From Chiloscyllium plagiosum (Eukaryota): a stretch of DNA of 64,000 nt. The stretch is from the NCBI RefSeq assembly GCF_004010195.1, contig NC_057749.1, forward strand, positions 15,565,690-15,629,689. Direction: 5' to 3'. The position numbers and the translations under genes are program-made. Below are positions 1 to 11,444 of this stretch, piece by piece. The notes under the pieces are model-generated. The model had not been told where the DNA came from. It was given only the letters and a program-made list of their open reading frames with translations, and made no database searches. Every line of letters starts with the position of its first letter. Within the stretch, counting starts at the first letter, position 1.

Positions 1-47
1 CGAAACGGCTCCCCGCCTGGGAAAAGAAGTTTGGACAAGTCCCACTG
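1..47 (+). CDS. cartpt: CART (cocaine- and amphetamine-regulated transcript) prepropeptide, 3' part of penultimate coding exon (truncated by window start)
   Basis: Frame from nt 3 reads KRLPAWEKKFGQVPL, then donor GTAACG at 48 (phase 0). Matches the CART KR..EKK.GQVP motif including the dibasic processing sites. Confidence 0.93.
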
Positions 48-1810
48 GTAACGTCAACCTGCTGTGGCTCTGTTCTTTCTATTCTAGTCCTTGTAGTGTC
101 CTGGGGGTTGCAGAGGGAGTGAGAGAGAGCAAGAGAGAGAGAGAAAGAGAGATGTCCTTTTTGTTTTTCGAATAGGAGATCGGCCAGCGGCCGAGTTACT
201 GCCTGAGGGAAAGGCACTGTCAACATTTGAGGTGGGACTCTCCCGGTCCCAGAATCTACACCGGGCATCCCATATTCCCACTTGGTCACTGCCCTGTCTG
301 TGCTACCTGTCTCCATCACAGAGTTTCTTCCCAAATCTTGTTGAGTTGCTTTTGGGAACTGGGACTGCATCTGGTGAGATAGAAGAGGGAATGGTCAGTA
401 AATGGCCCTACCCAGTGACCTGGCTACCATGTCCGAAACACACATATCCCTTTATTAAACTGGTTATGGGATATTCCCACTGAGTGTCTGACGAGAATTG
501 AAACAATTTTAATTCGGTTCTCCCATCAATCTGAGTCTGAGGGGAGCGGGGAGGTTGGTTTCACAGTTGAACCCCAAAGTCCAGGCTGTTCAAGATCTGA
601 CTGACGGCCTCCCTGTCAACCCCCCCCCCCCCCTTTGAAACGGGATGAAATGATCAATTTACAGGAGAATTCACTTTCAGTTTGCACCCACCACGTCCCT
701 TGGCTATTGCAAGGCATTGTCCATGGGAGGTGAGCGGAAACAACACCGGCACTTTGTGTCGATAACCTAGCGCCAGGACAATATCCTACCCACTCCGTAT
801 GCGAGACAGCCGTCTCTCATTAACCTTGGAAACCTACAGCACTCCCTTCAGTCGTGCTGGTCGGCTTCAGCAATTGTAATCCTGCCTTGGGACTGTCTCC
901 GCTCAGCGCTGACGGGAGGTAGGCACCAGTGTCTACATTGTCAATGGCCTGACTGTCATTGCATTCATGTAGAACATGAAAGGGTTTCCTACTGAGACCT
1001 GTATGACCCATTCTTTCCAGCTTTTTCGGAGATGTAGTTTCACCCACATAAAATCTTCGAGCTCTACAGCATGAAAACAACCTTTCGGTTTATCTCGTCC
1101 ATAATTAATCTATTCTTCACTCTATTCAGCACATTTGCCAGCAGACAGCAATCAGGCCATTGAATTATGTTTGCCTCCAACCCGCCTCATTTACAATTTT
1201 AGGGGAACATAGCCAGGTATCTGCGACCTGGGATTTGACTGCAGCGTCCCAGTGTTGAAAAAGGAGACATGGTCTGTGGTCCTGCTCCTTTCAGTTGGAG
1301 GAAGACCCCAGTGAACCACCGTACCAGCCAAGATTCACGCACCCACACACTGCCTAAAGCCCAGTGAGCATCCTGGGTGAGGAAGAAACTGCCCAGAGAG
1401 TAAATCAACATCCTTGCTGTTCTTTCTAGTAGAGTTCATCTTTTGGTCGTCATCATAATTTCTCCCCAAGATTGAGAGGTTCAGAATTAGGCAGTAATTA
1501 AATCATTGCCTTCTTCCAGTTTATCTTTACACAAAAGGTTTCTTAAAGGGACTGAAAAGTGTATTTGATAAAGTGCCATTGCGTGCACAAAGGAATTTTC
1601 TTGTTCAGTAATGACCTGGCTTCAGTAGCTCCAAACCTGCTGGAGATTTAAAAGATGTTGCTGGGAGAACTGAACGTAAATATTGCTGGAGACTTGCAGG
1701 AAACTGAAGAAATGACCAAATAAATAACAAAGGTAATCTAGACAAAATTTATCTCCCCTCCCTCCCCCCCAAAAAAATCATTGAAACATGGTCCTGTATG
1801 AAATAATCAA

Positions 1811-2158
1811 CACAGTGGCTCGGTGGTCAGCACTGCTGCCTCATAGCGCCAGGGACCCGCGTTTGATTCCCCCCTCGACTGACTGTAGAGTTCGCACATT
1901 CCTCCCAGTGTCTGCGTGGGTTTCCTCCGGGTGCTCCGGTTTCCTTCCACAGTCCAAAGATGTGCAGGTGAGGTGAATTGGCCATGCTAAATTGCCCATA
2001 GTGTCCAGGGATGTGCAGGAAGAGGGTTAGCCATGGAAGAGGGTAGGTCTGGGGGGGTTAGCCATGGGAGAGGGTGGGTCTGGGTGGGATGCTCTTCAGA
2101 GTGGCAGTGTGGACTCGATGGGCCGACTGGCCTTCTTCCACACTGTAAGGGTTCTATG
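1811..2158 (+). mobile_element. tRNA-derived V-SINE (HE1-like)
   Basis: A/B-box-like head, V-domain gtgtctgcgtgggtttcctccgggtgctccggtttcct and a CR1-like tail. Confidence 0.85.
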
Positions 2159-2734
2159 GATAATCCTCTTTATAGCAATTTGATGATTTATTATGGACCA
2201 TGAAGACAAGCACAGGAAATGTACACTATCTCTTTCTGACAATGACAGAAAACATACCACACTCAGTGAAGTTGAATTTATTCTCTGAAATTGATTTGTA
2301 TGCTGGTGATAAAGCTCTCAAACAACAGCCCATTTTTATCTGATTAATTTCTGCAGATGAATGCAGTTTTGTTTCTGTTGGAAGAGTTTGCCACCATTTC
2401 TTTGAGTTGAACAAACTTTTCCAAACTTGAAACAAAATAACATTTTCAGTGAAGCTAAGTGAAAGGATTTTAATTTGCTTTTGATTCTCAATGAGAAATA
2501 ATAGGAAATTTAACGATGTAGCTGAACACAGCTTTATTTTCCAACATGGTATAACGTAACAACATTAGAAATAGAAGCATGATGCCATTCAGTCCTTTAA
2601 ACCTGCTCTGCCAGCCAATAAGATCATGACTGATTAGATTGACCTAAACTCTGCTTTCCTACCTGTTCCCACCACCATGATCCTCAAGTACTTATATTTT
2701 TCATCATGAGGCTAATCATAAGGAGAATAACCCA

Positions 2735-2890
2735 AAGAACTGCAGATGCTGAACATCTGAAACAGAAATTACTGGAGAAAGTCAGCAGATCTGGCCTCAT
2801 CTGTGGAAGAAGGTGGGGTTAATGCTTCAAGTCCTGTGATCCTTCTTCAGAGTAGTTCTTTGCTGAGTTTCTCCAGCAATTTCTGTTCTA
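2735..2890. mobile_element. Short partly palindromic Penelope-terminal-like repeat (family B) with decayed hammerhead-like core on - strand
   Basis: acagaaattactggagaaagtcagca ... tgctgagtttctccagcaatttctgt inverted arms. The minus strand reads ctgaagaaggatcacaggacttgaagcatt. Confidence 0.55.
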
Positions 2891-4320
2891 ATCATGAGAA
2901 GAGTTGGGACCAGTTATTGAGTCTCTGCTATGACCCCATCCTATACAGACCAGGAATCAAACTTGTACCCTTCACCAATTGTATTGACAAGAAATGATGG
3001 ATAATGCATACTGTTAATGTGCAAATAACTCAGCAGCATCTGGTCATAGAGACAAAACCCATTAATTTGAAATCGACACAAATAATTGGACAATTTTCAA
3101 CACTCAGGTCCTTTGCTGAAAAGAATATCTCACACTTACCTTCCTCACAGTAATGTTTCTGCACATGAATTGGTTATTAAAATCCTTGTGGAAAGTTAAG
3201 TCCTGTAATTGACAATGCAAATTTAAACAAATTGATCATTGATAGCCAAAACAAAAACCCAATATGCTGGGAATCTGAAATAAAAGCAGAAAATGCTGGA
3301 TGTACTCAGCAAGTCAGCATCTGTTGAACAGGAAATTAAATTTCAAACTGACAACCTTCTGTCAGAATGCAATGGATTAAAAATTAACCTGTTTTGCCCA
3401 GGCAGTGAACAATTAAGAGTGTGATGTCTCATTCCTTCAGATTGTGAATAGTTTTAGAACATTTTTCAAACCTAAGCATTTTTTCTTTTTCTTTTCTGCC
3501 TCTTTCTCTCCATTCTTAATCCAATCTTTCCCCCATTTAAAAATCTCTTTTAACATCCAATTTGACACTGAATTCATACACTCTATAATGTCCTTCTCCT
3601 CAGTTTTCCTTCATTTCTCAGTTCTGAAATCTCCTTGGGCAAGGAAGTAGACTCTTGTTGGTCCATTGACCTCTGAAGTGCTGGATGCTGCATTAGTTTT
3701 GCTGAACCTTTCTCAGCTTCTACTTCCAGCAAATTATGGCTCATGAAAGGTAGTCAGAGCTGAAATTCAGTGAAAAAGATCGAACATCATGAGATGCACC
3801 AATCCAGATAGATTTAGCCCTTCTTTCCTTTGTACTGATTTTGATGGCAAATGTAATGTCATGTGTGAATTTGAACAACAGAGGCCAGACGATCCCTGGT
3901 TCCATCCACAGCAGGTAAGGAGTTAAGTGGTCTCAGTGTTTCAGTAGTAGGGATGCTATCATTGCTGTTAGCATTCCAAGCTAAAAAGCAAAAGAATCCT
4001 CCTGGCAATTTATCATTCATTAACTCTGCAGGAAAGTGGTCATTTGTGGATTGTATTTGACAGTGATAGTTTTGTAATGGATTAATGGACAACACTTATA
4101 TAGTAAGCTTCAATGTAACTTGTCTTATCCACTTGGATGAAATGCCAGAGGACCCCCTCACATCAAACCTATGTGCAAGCTAATACAAAGACAACTGAAA
4201 AGAACTAACTAAACCAGAAGATGGATTGTCTTTGTGCAGATTATAGAACTGTATCCATTTGCAAATTGGAAAACCCCACAGATAAGGGCAAGATTAAATT
4301 GATTTGGTTCTTTAAGTGTC

Positions 4321-4535
4321 GAGAGTGTGGTGCTGGAAAAACACAGCAGGTCAGGCAACATCTGAGGAGCAGGAGAATCAATGTTTTGGGCATAAGTCCT
4401 TCATCAGGACTGATGAAGGGCTTATGCCTGAAACATTGATTCTCCTGCTCCTCAGATGCTGCCTGACCTGCTGTGCTTTTCCAGTACCACACTCTCAACT
4501 CTGAACTCCAGCATTTGCAGTCCTCACTTTCTCCT
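4321..4535. mobile_element. Palindromic non-autonomous Penelope-terminal-like element (family A) with back-to-back hammerhead-like cores
   Basis: Near-perfect inverted repeat 4321-4496 centred at about 4408. The + strand core CTGATGAAGGGCTTATGCCTGAAACATT starts at 4410; the - strand copy has GAAA changed to AAAA. Confidence 0.8.
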
Positions 4536-5456
4536 CCACGGTTCTTTCTGCATCTGATAAAATGTCAGTAATGTGGATAAACTGAATGATATCCTTATAG
4601 TCAACTTGTATAGAGTAATTCAATGTCTTGTGTGAATTTACCCATCAAACAATAATTCATGAACTTGGATTTTTTAAATGTGTTTATTCATTCATAGCAT
4701 GTGGGCATCACTGGCTGAGCCAGTATTTATTGCCCTCCACTAAATGCCCTTGAGAAAATGGTGGTGAGTTGCTCACTCATTTATCCTCACTGACTTATCA
4801 TTAAAGGAATTTAAAATCATTTTTCTTTTTGGACTTAAGGATTATTGAATGAAGAATGGCTTTGATTTGGACCACTTGCACACCCAGTTAATGTTAACCT
4901 CTCCTTTGTATATTGTACAAATCACTTTGTATATCACTATCCCAGTATTGTACTTCTTCTTCGCTCTCAGAAGCCTGTTCAGCCATTTCTACATCCACCT
5001 CTCTGACTTGTTTAAGATGCAGCTTAAAAGTGGCTTTTTTGACCAAGATTTTGGTCTTAACATTTCAAAATTATTACAGGTCAAATCTTGTCGGATAGAA
5101 CCCCTGATACCTTTTACTATATCGAAAGTACGAGATAGATGCAAGTTGTTGTCTGGAAAACTTGCTATTTTCTGTTTGCCTCATTACCCAATTACTACTC
5201 AATTACACATAACTTTATGTTAGCAAATGAATTCCAATTTCATGCAATTTGTTTGGTTTATGAGTAGAGAAAGCTGCGTTGATAGAATCAGTGAACAAAG
5301 ATTTGGATGATCAGCAACTGCAGTGCCCTGATTGGATAAACTGTCCTGCTTGTATGCAGTTAATTCTACATAATGGCATCCTCTATATCCAATGGAGGAG
5401 CCTCAGACTGCATTGAAGTCATTAACCAGTAAGGTCTTGTTTTTGTCTATTTCCAG

Positions 5457-5564
5457 TGCGATGTTGGGGAACAGTGTGCTGTCAGAAAAGGAGCCAGGAT
5501 TGGGAAGCTGTGTGACTGCCCCAGGAGTTCTGGCTGTAACTTCTTCCTGCTTAAATGCTTGTAG
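5457..5564 (+). CDS. cartpt: CART prepropeptide, last coding exon (cystine-knot core)
   Basis: Pyrimidine-rich acceptor ttttgtctatttccAG, then [39 protein letters not shown] with all six CART cysteines. Joins in phase 0 to exon 1-47 across a 5409-nt GT-AG intron. Confidence 0.96.
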   Translation, partial: CDVGEQCAVRKGARIGKLCDCPRSSGCNFFLLKCL

Positions 5565-5750
5565 AGAAACCCAAGATATCTGGCAAAACCATTTCTATTT
5601 ACAATAGATAGAGGCAACATATGTCTGGTGGACATATTTTACATACAAAACATTGTTAACACTCCATAATGTAATAGTACATAGACCTATTCCTGTACAA
5701 GAGCCTTGTTCTGTCTGTGTTTCACTGCCCTTGGAAAGACTGAATCTATT

Positions 5751-5875
5751 ATTAAATATGTTATTCTTGTTTTCTTACAGTAGTCTGTCTGGTCTCTAGG
5801 TTCCCATGTTTAGTACAAGAATAACCAGTTTTGGTGCAATATTACTGGTTGTAGCAATGTCTGCCTCAAAATAAA
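5751..5875 (+). terminator. Candidate polyadenylation signals of the CART gene
   Basis: ATTAAA at 5751-5756 and AATAAA at 5870-5875 downstream of the stop in an AT-rich UTR-like stretch; which one is used is unknown. Confidence 0.45.
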
Positions 5876-6084
5876 ATGGTCTTTCCATCAAATGCCAGGG
5901 ATGTTTTTTATCTAAATACATCTGTCACATTTTAAAATGTTGGGTCAACTCCAAACTGTATTACAAGCTGGAACATATTTTTGTTTTAAGAATTATTGTC
6001 TGAATTAGGCGTTGCTGGCATATGTTGCCATTCTTAAAAGACCTAATTCACTGAGAGAACTGCGGAAATTGTAAATCATAAAAA

Positions 6085-6260
6085 GGAATTGCTGGAAAAA
6101 AACTCAGCAGGTCTGGCAGCATCTGTGGAGACAAATCAGAGGTAACGTTTTAGGTCCAGTTCTGAGGAAGGGTCCCTGAACCCAAAACGTTTACTCTGAC
6201 TTGTCTCCACAGATGCTGCCAGACCTGTTGAGCTTTTTCAGTGATTTCTGTTTTTGTTTC
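6085..6260. mobile_element. Palindromic Penelope-terminal-like element (family B)
   Basis: Inverted arms actcagcaggtctggcagcatctgtggagacaa / ttgtctccacagatgctgccagacctgttgag flank AGTT-CTGAGGA-AGGGTCCCTGAACCC-AAAACGTT-TACT. Confidence 0.7.
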
Positions 6261-7385
6261 TAATTCACTGAGAGATTTGTTAGGCCACTTCAAAGGGTTG
6301 TCAAGAGTTAACTGTATCAATATAGGACAGGGTCTCACAACATACAGGGCAGAGGGCAGATTGTTTTCCAGGAAAGGGGATATATAGCAACATTCTGTGG
6401 TGAACGTACCTCTTGAGTATCAACAGGATGGAAATCCAGGAAAGGCGAGCTGAACAGATTGAGTGTCTCTTAAAGAAGAACAAAGCAGATTGCTTAACTA
6501 TAAACTTTTGGAGGGTTTAATTTCTTCTGTTTCAGAATTAGCTTTGTGGGGACAATAAATAATTTCTTTGTTGTGACCTTCTCCCCTCACTGGTTCTCCT
6601 CAGTCCACACACCACAAGAAGACAAGAACATAAGACATCAGTGCAGGAGTAGACAATTGGTCCCTCAGAGCTGCTGCATTAATCCACAAGATCAGGATTG
6701 ATTCTTAAACCTCATTGCCATTTCCTGCTGTAGTCCACATCCACTGGTTCCTTAACTTCCAGCAATCTATTGATCTCAGCCTTGAACACACTCATATCCA
6801 CAGTTTGCTGGGGTATAGATTGAGAATCATGGCAGTGAATTTCCCTTGACATGGCACTGCACATTGATGCTCCACAATACCTCCACATTCCTGCATAGCC
6901 AGATTCCAACTAGGAACAATCTTCTAGAGGCATCACTTCTCAACTAGACATAATCCAATTCCTGAGAGAGCCATTTCATTCTGATCTCCAGTAAGCCTAC
7001 AACTGTCTTGATCTAAATTGCACAATTGAGAAGGGGGTTGATGATAAAATTATGACCTTCCTTTTAAACTGAAGGACGTCAATTGACTACACTACATTGC
7101 TCTATTTATACAACCTTATTTAATTTAACATTCGAGAAGCGATGCTTTATTTCAGTGGCTATTGATATTGAAAAGTGGAATATTGAATGCGTTTTACCAG
7201 TTTCTTTTCCTATCTTGAGACATCCAAGTCACAAACACAAAAGATCATATTTGGCAACAGTAAGTGAAGGCCTAACAAATTTTGGAGATAGGGAACCATT
7301 TGGTCCTGAGGATGGAAACTGTTCCAGGTAAACATCCACATAGTACAATATTTGCAATGAGTCAAGAAACTCACTCACATCTCAC

Positions 7386-8521
7386 AGAGTTATAGAGTCA
7401 TAGAAAGGTACAAGGAAAAGTCCCTTTGGTTCAACTCGTCCAACCCAATCTAGTCCCACCTGCCAGCACCCGGCCCATATCCCTCCAAACCCTTCCTATT
7501 CATATACCTATCCAGATGCCTTTTAAATGTTGCAATTGTACCAGCCTCCATCACTTCCTCTGGCAGCTCATTCCATACATGCATCACCCTCTGCATGAAA
7601 ATGTTGCACCTTAGGTCTCTTTTATATCTTTCCCCTCTCACCCTAATCCTATGCCCTCTAGTTCTGGACTCCCGCACCCCAGGGAAAAGACTTTGTCTAT
7701 TTATCCTATCCATGCCCATGATTTGATAAACCTCTATAAGGTCACCCCACAGCCTCTGACGCTGCAGGGAAAACAGCCCTAGCCTATTCAACCTCTCCTT
7801 ATAGCTCAAATCCTCCAACCCTGGGAACATCCTTGTAAATCTTTTCTGAACCCTTTCAAGTTTCACGACATCTTTTCAATAGGACGGAGACTAGAATTGG
7901 ACACAATATTCCAACAATCACCTAACCAATGTCCTGTACAGCCGCAACATGATCTCCCAACTCCTGCACTCACTACTTTGACCAATAAAGGAAAGCATAC
8001 CAAACACCTTCTTCACTATCCTATTGACCTGTAACTCCACTTTCAAGGAGCTATGAACCTGCACTCCAAGGTCTCTTTGTTCAGCAACACTCCCTAAGAC
8101 TTTACCATTAAGTGTATAAATCCTGCTAAGATTTGCTTTCCCAAAATGCAGCACCTCGCATTTATCTAAATTAAACTCCATCTGCCATTTCTCAGCCCAT
8201 TGGCCCATCTGATCAAGATCCCATTGTAATCTGAGGTAACCCTCTTTGTTGTCCACTACACCTCCAATTTTGGTGTCATCTGCAAACTTACTAACTGTAC
8301 CTCTTATGCTTGCATCCAAATCATTTATATAAATGATGAAAAGTAGTGGACCCAGCACCGAGCCTTGCGGCACTCCACTGGTCACAGGCCTCCAGTCTGA
8401 AAAACAACCCTCCACCACCACTCTCTGTCTTCTACCTTTGTGTCAGTCTTGTATCCAAATGGCTAGTTCTTCCTGTATTCCATGAGATTTAACCTTGCCA
8501 ATCAGTCTCCCATGGGGAACC
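7386..8521 (-). mobile_element. 5'-truncated CR1-clade LINE (HER1-like), RT C-terminus and 3' tail
   Basis: ORFs 7918-8421 ([17 protein letters not shown]) and 7450-7866 (RLGLFSL..RTRGH..WNELP); tail repeat agagttatagagtcatag. Confidence 0.93.
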
Positions 8522-9388
8522 TGTCCAGCGTAGACATGAGAGGTAAAAGCAATAGGTCCAATCTCTTAGTTCTCCTTATTTTCATGACCAAGAAACCAAT
8601 AAAGCCACTCCAGCCAGATTAGCATCAACTGCTCAATTCTCTGAAATTAACTAGATTGGGAACATCATTTTTAGACGCCAAAAAGCCTGAGACAAAATTC
8701 ACAATTACACAGCACCATTGAAAGAAGTGGAAAAGAAGTTCACAGAAATTCATGGGTAGTGATTAGTTCATACCAAAGATTGGGTTTAGGAAGTTTGTTG
8801 ATGATGGTGCTAAAGATGTGCACAGTAAGAAATGTACAATTAGTCTCATTTTCAAAACAGCAAGGATGAAGAGTGAAAGGAATATGAAGGATCCTGTATG
8901 AAAACCCTTAAAAGAAAGCTTAGAGAAACAATTGCTACCATAATTAGATGAAGACATGAAAAATTTTGATGGAGAGGAAAGATCACTTGACTGGGTTAGA
9001 GCAGCAGAGTAAGGATTTAATACAGTATATTTTATAATTGGAACATAGAGAGATCTCTCCATTTCATCATGTATTTATGACATCTGCTTATCTAGGGACT
9101 GTTCATTTCTGTGAAGTTGATAAATCCCTTTGGGTAAGCCAGCCATGTTCTGTGATATCAAAACAATAAATCCTTGTATTTTACAAATTCCATCTTAACT
9201 GCGCACTGATTGGATTCTTGACATTAGTAACCGATGAGAAATGAGATAATGTGTTTCTGAGTCTTGTGGGTTAATAACTGTGGAGATGATTCATGGGATG
9301 AAAGCACAAGCAATTGTGAGATTAAAAACAACAGAGTTTGGTAATGTATCAACAACTTGTTAAAAATAAAACTGAATCACTTGTGATA

Positions 9389-9499
9389 CCCTCACTGCTG
9401 TACCAGCCAAGATGAGCCAGCACAATGCAACTAATCTCGGACCTTCCTGATCTAACTGGGGAGTGTATTTGTCACTGATTTATTCGCTGCATTACTTTC
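9389..9499 (+). repeat. 111-bp direct repeat, copy 1
   Basis: Identical by eye to 10667-10777. Confidence 0.92.
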
Positions 9500-9569
9500 A
9501 AATCAGATTTGTCTATGGCCTCACCTCTCCCTAATTCTGAACCCATCTAGCAATCCTCCACACCATCAA

Positions 9570-10590
9570 AATCTTCGGTTACTAGTGGTGTGCCACAAGA
9601 ACCTGTTTTGGGACCACTGCTGATTGTCATTTTTATAAATGATTTAGACACAGGCATAGGTGGATGGGTTAGTAACTTTGCAGATGACACTACAGTCGAT
9701 GGAGTACTTGACAGTGTGGAAGAATGTTGCAGGTTGCAGGGGGACTTGGATAAACTGCAGAATTGAGCTGAGAGGTGGCAAATGGAGTTGAATGCAGATA
9801 AATGTGAGGTGATTCACTTTGGGAAGAATAACAGGAAGGCAGAATATTGGGTCAATGGAAAGATTCTTGGTAATGTGGATGTGCCAAAGGGATCTTGGAG
9901 TCCATGTACATAGATCCCTGAAGGTTGCCACCCAGGCTGATAGTGCTGTTAAGAAGGCATACGATGTGTTAGGTTTTATTGGTGGAGGTATTGAGTTCTG
10001 AAACCGTAATGTCATGCTGTAACTATACAAAACGCTAGTGCAGCCGTCCTTAGAATATTGTATACAGTTCTGGTCGCCCCATTACAGAAAGGATATGGAA
10101 GCATTGGAAAAGCTGCAGTAGAGATTTACCAGGATGTTGCCTGGTCTGAAGGGAAGGTCTTATGAGGAAAGGCTGAGAGACTTGGGTCTGTTATCATTGG
10201 AAAGAAGAAGGCTAAGAGGGGATTTAATAGAGACATACAAGACGATCAGATGATTAGATAGGGTAGACAGAGAAAGTCTTTTTCCTAGGATGATGACATC
10301 TGCTTGTACAAGGGGGCATAACTACAAAGAGTAGGGTGATAGATTTAAGACAGATATCAGAGGCAGGTTCTTTTCTCAGAGAGTGGTAAGGGGGTGGAAT
10401 GCCCTCCCTGCCAATGTAGTTAACTCAGCCACATTAGCGAGATTTAAACAATCCTTGGATAAGCACATGGATGATGATGGGATAGTATAGGGGAATGGCC
10501 TTAGAGTAGTTCATAGGTCAGTGCAACATCGCAACATCGAGGGTCGAAGGGCCTCTTCTGCACTGTATTGTTCTATGTTATATGTTCTAA
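9570..10590 (+). mobile_element. 5'-truncated CR1-clade LINE
   Basis: Frameshifted RT motifs (VTSGVPQEPVLGPLL, FADDT) and a 3' tail tgttctatgttatatgttcta. Confidence 0.9.
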
Positions 10591-10666
10591 CTCTGGCCTC
10601 CATGCTTCCCAGATTTAAGCTGTTCCATTATTATTGGCCATATCTTTAATAATTTTTTAATTTAAT

Positions 10667-10777
10667 CCCTCACTGCTGTACCAGCCAAGATGAGCCAGCA
10701 CAATGCAACTAATCTCGGACCTTCCTGATCTAACTGGGGAGTGTATTTGTCACTGATTTATTCGCTGCATTACTTTC
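10667..10777 (+). repeat. 111-bp direct repeat, copy 2
   Basis: Identical to 9389-9499; preceded by AT-only filler aataattttttaatttaat. Confidence 0.92.
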
Positions 10778-10837
10778 CACTTACTTCATCCTCCTGTAAG
10801 GTGGATCTGACAGCCTATCTGAGAGAACCTAACTCAG

Positions 10838-11132
10838 TTATTAGCACTGCTACCTCACAGCGCCAGGAACGGGTTTGATTCCAGCCTCAGGCGACAGTCT
10901 GTGTGGAGTTTGCATGTTCTTCCCATGTCTGTGTAGGGTTCCTCCAGATGCTCCGGTTTCCTTCCACAGTCCAAAGATGTGCGGGTCAGATGAATTGGCC
11001 ATGATAAAATGTTCACAGTATTCAGGGATGTGTAGGTGAAGTGCATTAGTCAGGGGTAAACATAGGGGATTGGGTCTGGGTGGGTTACTCTTTGGAAGGT
11101 TGGTGTGGACTTGTTGGGCCAAAGGGATTCTA
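10838..11132 (+). mobile_element. V-SINE (HE1-like)
   Basis: Same head, V-domain and tail as the other copies. Confidence 0.85.
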
Positions 11133-11417
11133 TTAAAAAAACTTAGCAAGTTAATATGGGGGGAAATGACGTGGCAGATCATGGTCCTGCTTTTACAAGG
11201 AGGACATAAATAACATCCCAAAAATATTGGAGAATGCAGGGCCTAGTGATAGAGAGGAACTGAAAGAAACAGTCTTGGTAGGAAAATGGTGTTGTGGAAA
11301 TTGATAGGATTAAAGGCTAATAAATCACCAATGCCCGATACTTAAGGAAGTGGCCCTAGAAATAATGGATGCACTGTTGGTCTGCTTTCAAGAGTTTGGA
11401 ACAGTTCCTATGGATTG

Positions 11418-11444
11418 TGGGTGGGGGGGGGGGGGGGGGGGGGG
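11418..11444. repeat. Poly-G tract inside an old CR1 fragment (about 11150-11600, +)
   Basis: Run of more than 20 G; length may be a sequencing artefact. Confidence 0.7.

Noticed and set aside
1295..1357. Possible + strand terminal exon LEEDPSEPPYQPRFTHPHTA* after a ctcctttcAG acceptor in the CART intron
   Set aside because: In phase with the CART donor but would delete the cystine core; no recognisable homology, and such acceptors arise by chance.
3892..3924. Possible 33-nt cassette exon in the CART intron before CAG/GTAAGG
   Set aside because: The acceptor lacks a polypyrimidine tract; no supporting homology.
5392..5607. 71-aa ORF from the track
   Set aside because: Wrong frame over the CART exon; the real frame starts at the acceptor at 5457.
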